A DNA stretch of 38,441 nt. Source: Fibrobacterota bacterium (lineage in GTDB: Bacteria > Fibrobacterota > Fibrobacteria > UBA11236). A program made the position numbers and the translations under genes. Shown here in pieces: positions 8,922 through 17,336 of this stretch. The stretch lies in the NCBI GenBank assembly GCA_043753995.1, contig JAYUVP010000113.1:1-38441 (forward strand). The letters run 5' to 3'. How positions within the stretch are numbered: the stretch's first letter is position 1; each line of letters begins with the position of its first letter. Under the pieces are notes generated by a model that was not told the DNA's origin, did no database searches, and saw nothing but the letters and a program-made list of their open reading frames with translations.

Positions 8922-10639
8922 TGCTTTCGGTCTCAATGGGGCAGGTCACCCTCACGGGTCGGCGTGGTCCCAATGAGGATTTTCTTGGCGGGGTGACCCC
9001 CGAAGGCGAGGTTTTGCGCGATAAAGGCGTGGCCCTCGCGGTCGCGGACGGCGTGGGTAAAGGCCGCGGCGGGCGTAACGCCGCCGAGACGTCCGTCCGG
9101 CGTTTCCTCTCCGATTATTATAGCAGTCCCGACACCTGGGGCGTTCGCAAAAGCCTGGAACAAACCCTCATTGCCCTGAATCGCTGGGTGCGCGAAGGCG
9201 CAGTCAAGGATGGCAAGGCGGGTGAGGCTACTTTCGCTTGTTTGGTGGTCAAGGGTCGGCGTGCCACGGTAGCTCATGTCGGCGATGCTCGCGTCTATTT
9301 ATTAAGGCAGGGCGAATTGCGCCGCCTCACCCAAGATCATGTTTGGGACAATCCCGATTTTCGCAATGTGGTTTCGCGTGCAATGGGCTTGGACGAGCAC
9401 ATTCATCCAGAATTCCATCAGGAAAATGTCATGCCCGGCGACGTTTTCCTGCTTTGCACCGATGGTTTTTACAAAGCCCTGGAGCCCACCGCCGCCAGCG
9501 TGCAAGCCGAGCTACGCCAGGATATTCAGGCCACCGCCGATGCTTTAGCCCAAGCTGCCGCCGCGCGCGCGGGCAGCGACGACGATATTTCCCTTTTGAT
9601 GCTGCGCCTAGATAAGCTGCCCGCTGAAGACGCTTTGCAGAAAAGTGCGGGAACCGACGACTTGCCCTTGCATCCCGATATTCGCGAAGGCATGACTCTC
9701 GATGATTTTTATCTCGCGCGGCGCTTGCATCGCGGTCAGCTTTCCGAAGTTTTCCTTGCCGATGATCTCAAGCGCGGGCGCAAGGTGGTTTTGAAATTTC
9801 CCCGTATCGAGGCCGCTTCCCCCGAAGACTCGCGTCGGCAAATCGATCGCTTCTTGCGGGAAGAGTGGGTGGGGCGACGCATTCAGCATCGCCACGTCAT
9901 GCCTGCCTTGATCTTGGAGGCTGGACGCCGCAGCCACTTGTATTATGCCACGCCCTGGCATCCCGGCGAAACCTTGCGCCGAAGGCTCGATGCGGGCCAA
10001 CCCCTGCCCGCCGCCGAAGCCGTAGAGCTCACCGTGCAAATCGCCCGTGGTCTAGAGGCCTTGCACCGCTTGCAGGTTCTGCACCGCGACATCAAGCCGG
10101 ACAATATTCTTATAGATGAAGAGGGTAAGGCCTTGCTTCTCGATTTAGGCGTGGCCCATACCGACGCCTTTGCCGGCGAAGGCGGAGGGGAAAGCGATGT
10201 GCCGGGCACGCCAAGTTATATGGCGCCCGAATTTTTTCGCGGCAAGCAAACCATGGCCGATGAACGCACCGAGGTCTATGCCCTGGGCGTGACACTCTAT
10301 GAATTGTTAACTCGCAAATTGCCCTATGGTGAAATCGAGCCCTTCAGCCAGCCGCGCTTTCAGCGCTGGACCCCGCCTTCACGCTACAATCCCCAAATAC
10401 CTCTTTGGTTGGAAACCGTGGTGCAAAAAGCCACCGAGGCCGATCCTGCGCGGCGCTTTCAAGCCCTCAGTGAATTGCGTTTTCATTTGGAACGCCGGGA
10501 ACGCGTAGCCCAGGAAGATGCGCCACGCACCATCGCCGAATCAAATCAGGGCAATGTCTTACCCTGGAAATTCGCTGCCGTTCTTTTCGCCGTCCTTGCC
10601 ATTCTTGAATTTTTGCTTTTGCTGCGCTCGCGACATTAA
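8921..10639 (+). CDS. Bifunctional PP2C-type phosphatase / Hanks-type Ser/Thr kinase with C-terminal TM helix
   Basis: PP2C motifs VADG, HVGDAR, LCTDG, DDIS; kinase motifs VVLKFP, HRDIKPDN, LDLG, GTPSYMAPE; hydrophobic C-terminus; TAATG overlap with narK stop. Confidence 0.92.
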   Translation: MLSVSMGQVTLTGRRGPNEDFLGGVTPEGEVLRDKGVALAVADGVGKGRGGRNAAETSVRRFLSDYYSSPDTWGVRKSLEQTLIALNRWVREGAVKDGKAGEATFACLVVKGRRATVAHVGDARVYLLRQGELRRLTQDHVWDNPDFRNVVSRAMGLDEHIHPEFHQENVMPGDVFLLCTDGFYKALEPTAASVQAELRQDIQATADALAQAAAARAGSDDDISLLMLRLDKLPAEDALQKSAGTDDLPLHPDIREGMTLDDFYLARRLHRGQLSEVFLADDLKRGRKVVLKFPRIEAASPEDSRRQIDRFLREEWVGRRIQHRHVMPALILEAGRRSHLYYATPWHPGETLRRRLDAGQPLPAAEAVELTVQIARGLEALHRLQVLHRDIKPDNILIDEEGKALLLDLGVAHTDAFAGEGGGESDVPGTPSYMAPEFFRGKQTMADERTEVYALGVTLYELLTRKLPYGEIEPFSQPRFQRWTPPSRYNPQIPLWLETVVQKATEADPARRFQALSELRFHLERRERVAQEDAPRTIAESNQGNVLPWKFAAVLFAVLAILEFLLLLRSRH

Positions 10640-10643
10640 TTCG

Positions 10644-10700
10644 TAACAAAGGCTGACAAAGCCGATTCGTCAACTCGCCATTTCCTGACAACACATGACT
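10644..10700. promoter_or_regulatory. Putative upstream activator sites (TGACA repeats)
   Basis: TAACA 10644 / TGACA 10654 and TGACA 10686 / TGACT 10696 (10-bp period), plus CGTCA 10668. Confidence 0.4.
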
Positions 10701-10804
10701 TCTCGACTCAAGGCCCTTGGGGCTTTTGAGTCGATGTCTAGGGCTCACGGCCTGTATCGGCCCGAATCGTTCAAAATCAGCACTTGCATGTGACGTCACT
10801 TTAT

Positions 10805-10820
10805 TGGTACGGGGGTTGCG
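10805..10820 (+). promoter_or_regulatory. sigma54 promoter of nrt operon
   Basis: TGGTACG-GGGG-TTGCG; GG-N10-GC exact. Confidence 0.8.
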
Positions 10821-10840
10821 TATACAAGTTACAGGCCGGA

Positions 10841-10891
10841 CTTTGTTCGCAAAGCCTGGCCGCCAACTGACTCCGGTCCGTCCGGGCTTTT
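10841..10891 (+). promoter_or_regulatory. Conserved leader element, nrtA copy (candidate cis-regulatory RNA)
   Basis: CTTTG-TTCG-CAAAG hairpin, then CCGCCA-ACTG-ACTC-CGGT-CCGTCCGGGCTTTT. Confidence 0.55.
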
Positions 10892-11224
10892 GGAACGTGG
10901 AACTTCGCCCCTATAGGCGCAGGCCACGCTCGAAGCCCACATTGCCAGGAATCAGATATGGCCACCAACGATTTTATCGTGGAGGTTACCGTTACCGATG
11001 TGTTACGTCGGCAACAGCGGCCTCCCCGGCCGAGCGGAGCCCGCCCTCAGGACCAGCAGAGGACCCGCCGGGCTTCGACAGGCGTACCGCCCGTGACTCC
11101 CGGAGCAGTGCGCCTTGCCCCGCCGGAGGCGTGTCTTCAGCGCCTCCCGCGGGGTCCCCTCCCTCGCCGCAGTTTTTTATCCGTTGCCATCAGCGCCAAC
11201 CTTCTCTCCATCAAGGACAAAATC

Positions 11225-12535
11225 ATGCAAGCCGCAAACCCTTTTGCGACCGCCAAGGCCGTTCGCCTTTCTTTCCGAACCCGCGTTTTCGCCGCCGCTG
11301 GCGCGGCGCTCTTCGCGCTCATGCCTGCCTGGGGACAAGGCAAGCCTGAGACCACCAAGGCCAAGCTGGGCTTTATCGCCCTCACCGATTTCGCCCCTTT
11401 GGCGATTGCCAAAGAAAAAGGCTTTTTCACCAAGCATGGTATGCCGGATGTCGAGGTTTCCAAACAAGCCAGCTGGGGAGCCACCCGCGACAATCTGGAA
11501 TTGGGTTCAGAGCATGGCGGCATCGATGGTGCGCATATTCTGACGCCCATGCCTTATGCTATGACTTTGGGCCTCAATACCAAGGGCAATAAGTCGGTGC
11601 CCATGTATATCCTCGCCCGCCTCAATTACAATAACCAAGCCATTTCGGTGGCCGAGAAATACAAGGAAAAGGGTTTGAAGCTGGACGCTTCCGTCATCAA
11701 GCCGATGGTGGACAAAGCGAAAGCCAAGGGCGCACCACTCACCTTCGCCATGACCTTTCCCACCGGCACGCACAATTATTGGATACGCTATTGGCTGGCC
11801 GCTGGCGGCATTGATCCCGATCTTGATGTCAATACCATAGTGATACCTCCGCCGCAAATGGTTGCCAATATGCGCGTCGGTAATATGGATGCGTTCTGTG
11901 TCGGCGAACCCTGGAACCAACAGCTCATCAATCAGAAAATCGGGTATAGTGCCATTCAGACCCAAGAGATTTGGAAGGACCATCCAGAGAAAGCCTTGGG
12001 CATGCGCAAAGAATGGTGCGACAAGAATCCTATAGCCACCAAGGCAATACTCAAGGCCATCATGGAAGCGCAAATGTGGTGTGACAAGGACGAGAACAAG
12101 GTTGAGCTTTCCAAAATCCTATCCCAAAAAAATTGGATCAATTGCCAAATCTCAGATTTGGAGCCTCGCCTCAAAGGCGAAACCAACTATGGCGATGGTC
12201 GTCCCAAGAAAACCGGTGAGCTGATGAAATTCTGGCGCGACAATGCCTCCTTCCCTTACAAAAGCCATGACATCTGGTTCCTGGCTGAAACCCGGCGCTG
12301 GGGCTTTCTGCCCAAGGGTGTCGAATACGATAAGGTCGTGAACTCAGTGAATCGCTCGGATCTCTGGCGCGAATGCGCCAAGGAATTGGGCGTGCCTGAA
12401 GCTCAAATACCTGCCACTGATTCTCGCGGCAAAGAAACCTTCTTTGACGGCGTTGTCTTCGACCCCGAAAATCCTGAAGCCTACCTTGCCTCGCTCAAGA
12501 TCAAAAATCTCGACGGTAGCAAGAAAAAGAAATGA
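11225..12535 (+). CDS. nrtA: Nitrate ABC transporter periplasmic binding protein
   Basis: Signal peptide ending AWG; LGFIALTD, IDGAHIL, FPTGTH, PPPQMVANM, FCVGEPWN, HPEK motifs; AAGGA RBS before ATG 11225. The frame is open back to ATG 10958. Confidence 0.92.
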   Translation: MQAANPFATAKAVRLSFRTRVFAAAGAALFALMPAWGQGKPETTKAKLGFIALTDFAPLAIAKEKGFFTKHGMPDVEVSKQASWGATRDNLELGSEHGGIDGAHILTPMPYAMTLGLNTKGNKSVPMYILARLNYNNQAISVAEKYKEKGLKLDASVIKPMVDKAKAKGAPLTFAMTFPTGTHNYWIRYWLAAGGIDPDLDVNTIVIPPPQMVANMRVGNMDAFCVGEPWNQQLINQKIGYSAIQTQEIWKDHPEKALGMRKEWCDKNPIATKAILKAIMEAQMWCDKDENKVELSKILSQKNWINCQISDLEPRLKGETNYGDGRPKKTGELMKFWRDNASFPYKSHDIWFLAETRRWGFLPKGVEYDKVVNSVNRSDLWRECAKELGVPEAQIPATDSRGKETFFDGVVFDPENPEAYLASLKIKNLDGSKKKK

Positions 12536-12576
12536 TTGGGTGATATACCCGCCAACTCATGACCGGAGATAAGTCC

Positions 12577-13500
12577 ATGATACTGGATGTCAAAGCCACC
12601 AAGGTCGAGCCGCCTGTCCCTGAAAAGGGTGCCGCGGCTGCCAAGTCCCCTGAGGCGAAAGCGCCGGTGAAAATGCCCAAGCCCCCTGAGGCTGAGCGTG
12701 AAACCGATACCGAGCGCATCGCGCGCGTGCGTCGCCTCGCGCAAACCATTCTCTTGCCGATCATTGCCTTGGTCTTCATAGGCTTGTTTTGGGAGGCGTA
12801 TAGCAATCGTGAAGGCGTGACCTTGCCCGGACCGGTGAAAACCGTGACCGAAAGCTGGAATCTGATTGCGCATCCTTTTTACGACAATGGACCCAATGAC
12901 AAAGGCTTGGGCTGGCATCTACTCAATTCGCTTAAGCGCGTGGGCATGGGCTATTCCCTGGCGGCCATAGTCGGGGTTTTCCTGGGTATTGTCCTGGGGA
13001 CTTCGGTGATGGCCTATCGCGCTTTCGATCCCTTGTTCCAAGTATTACGCACCATTCCTCCCCTGGCTTGGCTGCCGATTTCTTTGGCGACATTTAATGA
13101 AGCTCAGCCTTCAGCCATATTCGTCATCTTCATCACAGCCATTTGGCCCATTATCATCAATACCTCGGTGGGCGTCATGCGCATTCCCTCCGACTATCAC
13201 AATGTGGCCCGCGTCTATCAAATCAACGGCTCGCGCTTCTTCTTCAAAATCCTTTTGCCGGCCGCCGCGCCTTATATCTTCACGGGTTTGCGCATCGCCA
13301 TCGGCATGGCTTGGCTGGCCATCGTCGCCGCCGAAATGCTAACGGGCGGTGTTGGCATTGGCTTTTTCATCTGGGACTCTTGGAATAGCTCGCGCATGAG
13401 CGACATCGTGGTTTCGGTGGTCTATGTCGGTCTCGTCGGCCTGCTGCTGGATCGCATCATGGCCGGAATTGCTCACTGGGTCGGAACCCGTAACGATTGA
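12577..13500 (+). CDS. nrtB: Nitrate ABC transporter permease
   Basis: GPNDKGLGW, LRTIPPLAWLP, WLAIVAAEM, GIGFFIWD; GGAG RBS 8 nt before ATG 12577 (alternative start 12559). Confidence 0.93.
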   Translation: MILDVKATKVEPPVPEKGAAAAKSPEAKAPVKMPKPPEAERETDTERIARVRRLAQTILLPIIALVFIGLFWEAYSNREGVTLPGPVKTVTESWNLIAHPFYDNGPNDKGLGWHLLNSLKRVGMGYSLAAIVGVFLGIVLGTSVMAYRAFDPLFQVLRTIPPLAWLPISLATFNEAQPSAIFVIFITAIWPIIINTSVGVMRIPSDYHNVARVYQINGSRFFFKILLPAAAPYIFTGLRIAIGMAWLAIVAAEMLTGGVGIGFFIWDSWNSSRMSDIVVSVVYVGLVGLLLDRIMAGIAHWVGTRND

Positions 13501-13513
13501 ATGAGGTGATCAA

Positions 13514-14356
13514 ATGAATAAGGAATCATCCATGTTACCCAAGGAAAAGGATCCTCAGGATCGCCGCTTCGTGCACCTGGGCGGAATACACCAGATTTTC
13601 GGCTCCGGCGCTTCGCGTTATCATGCCTTGGACAATGTCGATCTCGACGTGGCCCGCGGCGAATTCGTGAGCATTATCGGCCATAGCGGTTGTGGCAAAT
13701 CGACCTTGCTCAATATCGTCGCAGGACTGGCTTCCCCCACCCAGGGTGCGGTCATGGTGGCTGGCAAGCAAGTCACCGCTCCCGGACTGGATCGCGCCGT
13801 GGTTTTTCAGTCGCATAGCCTATTGCCCTGGCTCAGCGTCCTGGAAAACGTGCGCATGGCCATCGACAGCGTGCATCCCAGCTGGAACAAGGCGCAGCGC
13901 ACTGAAGCCGCCATGAAATATGTCGACATGGTGCATCTCACCGCCCATGCCAAGAAGAAGCCGAGTGAAATCTCGGGAGGTATGAAACAGCGCGTCGGCA
14001 TCGCCCGTGCTTTCGCCGCCAATCCCGACGTGCTTTTGCTTGACGAGCCCTTCGGCGCTCTCGACGCTTTGACACGCGGTAGTATGCAGGACGAGTTGAC
14101 CTCAATTTGGGAGCGTGATCGCAAAACCGTGCTCATGATCACCCATGATGTCGATGAGGCCATTTTCCTTTCCGACCGCATCGTACTCATGAGCAATGGC
14201 CCCAGGGCCAAAATCGCGGAAAACGTGATCATCGATATTCCCCGGCCGCGCACTCGCGAAACCCTGATTGATGATCCCCGCTATAGCGAAATCCGCAAGC
14301 GGCTGGTGCATTATCTCATCAGCACCGGACATGCCCTACATAAGGCGGCGGCATGA
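13514..14356 (+). CDS. nrtD: Nitrate ABC transporter ATP-binding subunit (NrtC/NrtD)
   Basis: Walker [10 protein letters not shown], signature ISGGMKQR, Walker [20 protein letters not shown]. Confidence 0.92.
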   Translation: MNKESSMLPKEKDPQDRRFVHLGGIHQIFGSGASRYHALDNVDLDVARGEFVSIIGHSGCGKSTLLNIVAGLASPTQGAVMVAGKQVTAPGLDRAVVFQSHSLLPWLSVLENVRMAIDSVHPSWNKAQRTEAAMKYVDMVHLTAHAKKKPSEISGGMKQRVGIARAFAANPDVLLLDEPFGALDALTRGSMQDELTSIWERDRKTVLMITHDVDEAIFLSDRIVLMSNGPRAKIAENVIIDIPRPRTRETLIDDPRYSEIRKRLVHYLISTGHALHKAAA

Positions 14357-14495
14357 AAAAATTCCGTCGGCCCCTAGAGGCCTGATTTCTCAAACTCTCA
14401 CACTTAGCAGGCGCATTTCCAAATGCGCCAGGAATCAAACCATGTCTTTAACCCACACCGTCGCCGCCAACCCGGCAATTTCTCAGGAGGCCATT

Positions 14496-15845
14496 ATGCT
14501 CAACTCATCGTCCCCCGTCCGACTACGCCGTAAGAGCGTGTTGGCTGCAACCGCCCTCGCCTTTTCCGCCGGAGCGGTTTGGGCCATGCCACCGGGCGAA
14601 TCGCCCTTTTCCATGCCCCAGCCTCCCTTCTTTGGCCAAGTGCGCCTTCGCACCGAATACGATGTCAAGAGCATGCTCGACACCACGGTAAAGAAAGGCC
14701 TGTTAAATACCCAGATTCGTACTCGTCTGGGCTTCTTGGCGGCTCCTTCGGAAAAAGTCGAAATCAAGGTCGAACTTCAGGACACTCGTTTCTACGGCAG
14801 TGAAGTTCCGGCTGGCAATCCCGCCACAGCTTCGGTCGCCAATTCTAAAGGTGTCGATCTCTTGCAGGGCTATGTGGCTATCCAAGAAGGTCCAGTCAAG
14901 CTCGCCCTTGGCCGCCAGAAAATGTCGCTCGGCGCGGGCCGCTTCCTCTCGACCCTCGAATGGAGTCCCACCAGCCGAGCCTTTGACGGCGCAGCCTTCA
15001 ATTGGACGGTCACCCCGACTTCCGACCTCACCGGTTTGTTTTACCTCGTGCGCGACACTCTCACCGCAGCAGCCTCAGCCAATACCACAACCATTATCGG
15101 TGACCGCCTGCTCCTCACCGGCCTGCATTACAATCACAAGGTGAGTGATGCCTTTACCGGCGAAGCTTATGCCTTTTACGATCAAAGTCGCCTGCGCGCC
15201 GTTTATGGCGTCGACTCCGCCGATAATTATGACCTAGTCTACCTAGGTGCCCGTGTTTTCGGTAAGGCCGGTCTTTTCACCTATGATGAAGAGTTCATTT
15301 ATCAAGCCGGTGAAATGCGCAAAGGCGCCAAGGATTTGACCAGCGCCGCTTGGCAGCTCGGAGCACGCTTGGGCATGGCCTTCCCCAGTGACATCAAGTT
15401 CAATGTTGGTCTAGACATCATGACCGGCGATACCACCAAAGCCGACGGTGACAATAACCTTTACCGTGCCAATTATTATTTCGCGCATCACCTTTATGGC
15501 TGGATGGACTATTTCGGAGTCAACCCCCAATACGGTGTCATGGATTATCGTGCCGATGCTGACTTTGGATTCTTTGGCGAACCCGGCTCGCGAAAAGCAA
15601 CCCTCAAGCTTGCCTACCATTACTTCACCCCTCAAAATGCGCCTAAGGCCGCCGACGTCGCCTATGGTCAGGAATACAATGCCGAAGTGCATCTCTCGCT
15701 CTATCCCAAGAGCAATATCGTACTCGGAGCCGCCGCCTTCCTTCCCGGCGAAGGTGCCTACAGTGTGCCCCTGGCTCGCTTACCCAAGGGCCGCAACAAT
15801 GAACCCGGACTCTTCCTCTATTTCATGCCCGTCTTCAATTTCTAA
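14496..15845 (+). CDS. Alginate-export (AlgE-like) family outer-membrane beta-barrel, candidate anion porin
   Basis: AGGAGG RBS; signal peptide; GQVRLRTE, LGRQ and RAFDG motifs; amphipathic strands; C-terminal Phe (FNF). Confidence 0.8.
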   Translation: MLNSSSPVRLRRKSVLAATALAFSAGAVWAMPPGESPFSMPQPPFFGQVRLRTEYDVKSMLDTTVKKGLLNTQIRTRLGFLAAPSEKVEIKVELQDTRFYGSEVPAGNPATASVANSKGVDLLQGYVAIQEGPVKLALGRQKMSLGAGRFLSTLEWSPTSRAFDGAAFNWTVTPTSDLTGLFYLVRDTLTAAASANTTTIIGDRLLLTGLHYNHKVSDAFTGEAYAFYDQSRLRAVYGVDSADNYDLVYLGARVFGKAGLFTYDEEFIYQAGEMRKGAKDLTSAAWQLGARLGMAFPSDIKFNVGLDIMTGDTTKADGDNNLYRANYYFAHHLYGWMDYFGVNPQYGVMDYRADADFGFFGEPGSRKATLKLAYHYFTPQNAPKAADVAYGQEYNAEVHLSLYPKSNIVLGAAAFLPGEGAYSVPLARLPKGRNNEPGLFLYFMPVFNF

Positions 15846-15866
15846 TTCTCCTCTCCTAAATTTTTC

Positions 15867-15900
15867 GGCGCCGGGCGGTAAATCCGTCGGCGCCTTTTTT
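15867..15900 (+). terminator. Rho-independent terminator of nrt operon
   Basis: GGCGCCGGGCGG-TAAAT-CCGTCGGCGCC stem-loop followed by TTTTTT. Confidence 0.85.
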
Positions 15901-16004
15901 ATGCCCCCTTTGTCGGTCTGACAAAAATCCCTGCAGCTGGTATTTCAATAATTTTGAAATAATTTGGCAATATTTGTTGCATCACCCCTCCGTGGAGGTC
16001 ATGC

Positions 16005-17336
16005 ATGCATCAACCCGTAAACCCATTCATCAGGTCAGCCACCGCCCTGGGCTCCGTAGCGATAGCATTGACGCTAAGCTCCGGCGTGGCGGCCGTGCCT
16101 AACGATTCGCCCTTTGGTCCCACCAAGGACGGCATCAGCGGCCAAATCCGCCTGCGCACCGAATTCGATCACAAGCGCATGACCTCGCCCTATGCCGGCG
16201 AGCGAATTTGGACGCTTGAGCGCGCCCGCCTCGGCTATGTGACGTCGCCCAGTGAAAACCTCCTCGTCAAGGTCGAAATCCAAGACAGCCGAGCCTTTGG
16301 CAGCGGGCCCGAAAGCAATGGCAATCCTATCAGCGCCCCCAGTGGCGACGCCAAGGGAGTGGACTTGCTTCAAGCCTATTTCTTGCGCAAACTCGGCAAG
16401 GTGCAAGTGGCCGCTGGCCGCCAACGCATCACTATGGGGAGTGGGCGCGTGCTCGAACGCAGCGAATGGAATAATCACGGGCGCAGCTATGACGGTATTT
16501 CCGCCAATGGCGATTTCGGTAAGACCAATGTAACAGCCTTGCTTTATCTTATCAGCGACCGCGGCCAGCAAACCATGAACGATCATGTTTTGCTTTCAGG
16601 CCTATTCTTCAATCAACAAATCACATCGAGCCTAGCCCTCGACCTGTATTCCTTTTACGATCAATCCCGTTTGCCCACTACCTTTGGCCAAGGGAATGGC
16701 AGCCAAACGTCTCTAGCCTATGATTTGTTTTATTCCGGTGAGCGCTTAAGCGGCCGGGCCGGAATTTTCGCCTTTGAAGAAGAATTTATTTGGCAAAGCG
16801 GCGAATTGAATCTGTATGGCAAGCCTGACGCCGCCAGCCAAGCCTTTCAAATCAGCACGCGCGCGGGCATAGTCGCCAAGAATGTCAAAGCCAATTTGGG
16901 CTTCGACATGATGAGCGGCGACGATGGCAGCGACAAAACCGTGTCGACCTTGTACCGCGCTAGTTATTATGCCGGTCACAGCGCCTATGGCTGGATGGAT
17001 TATTTCACCACCAATCCGCGCCTCGGCGTCATGGATTTCCGCGTCGACATCGAAGCCGATTTATTAGCGTGGGGTGAAGGCAAAAAAGTCACGGTCAAAG
17101 CCCAGAATCATTTCTTCCTGCCAGCCAAAACCATTACGGGCGTGGAAGACCCCTATGGCAATGAAGTCGATGGCGAAATCAATGTGTCTTTGATCAAAGG
17201 ATGCACCATGGCCATCGGCGGCGGCGTTTTCATTCCTGGCAATAGCGCCGACGAATTGAAAGACGCGGCCTTGGGCAATGGCGATGGCCAGAATATCGGC
17301 ACCTTGCTCTATATCATGCCCACAGTGAATTTCTAA
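16005..17336 (+). CDS. Second AlgE-like outer-membrane beta-barrel, paralogue of upstream gene
   Basis: GGAGG RBS; shares GQIRLRTE, KGVDLLQ, FYDQSRL, YGWMDYF and terminal NF with 14496..15845. Confidence 0.8.
   Translation: MHQPVNPFIRSATALGSVAIALTLSSGVAAVPNDSPFGPTKDGISGQIRLRTEFDHKRMTSPYAGERIWTLERARLGYVTSPSENLLVKVEIQDSRAFGSGPESNGNPISAPSGDAKGVDLLQAYFLRKLGKVQVAAGRQRITMGSGRVLERSEWNNHGRSYDGISANGDFGKTNVTALLYLISDRGQQTMNDHVLLSGLFFNQQITSSLALDLYSFYDQSRLPTTFGQGNGSQTSLAYDLFYSGERLSGRAGIFAFEEEFIWQSGELNLYGKPDAASQAFQISTRAGIVAKNVKANLGFDMMSGDDGSDKTVSTLYRASYYAGHSAYGWMDYFTTNPRLGVMDFRVDIEADLLAWGEGKKVTVKAQNHFFLPAKTITGVEDPYGNEVDGEINVSLIKGCTMAIGGGVFIPGNSADELKDAALGNGDGQNIGTLLYIMPTVNF

Noticed and set aside
10790..10799. 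Palindrome GTGACGTCAC next to the nrt promoter
   Set aside because: Single occurrence, not repeated at the other promoters; may just be two TGAC half-sites
7524..11224. Canonical ANTAR (NasT/NasR) twin hairpins in the narK and nrtA leaders
   Set aside because: Candidate hexamers (AATGTT, ACTGAC, AAAGCC, AACAGC) lack either G4 or a closing stem; no paired hairpins found by eye
10717..11349. 210-aa ORF across the nrt promoter and leader
   Set aside because: Overlaps the sigma54 promoter and nrtA out of frame; low-complexity, no RBS or motif
15965..15981. sigma54-like TGGCAATATTTGTTGCA before the second porin
   Set aside because: GG-GC spacing is 11 rather than the strictly required 10 nt, so not called as a promoter
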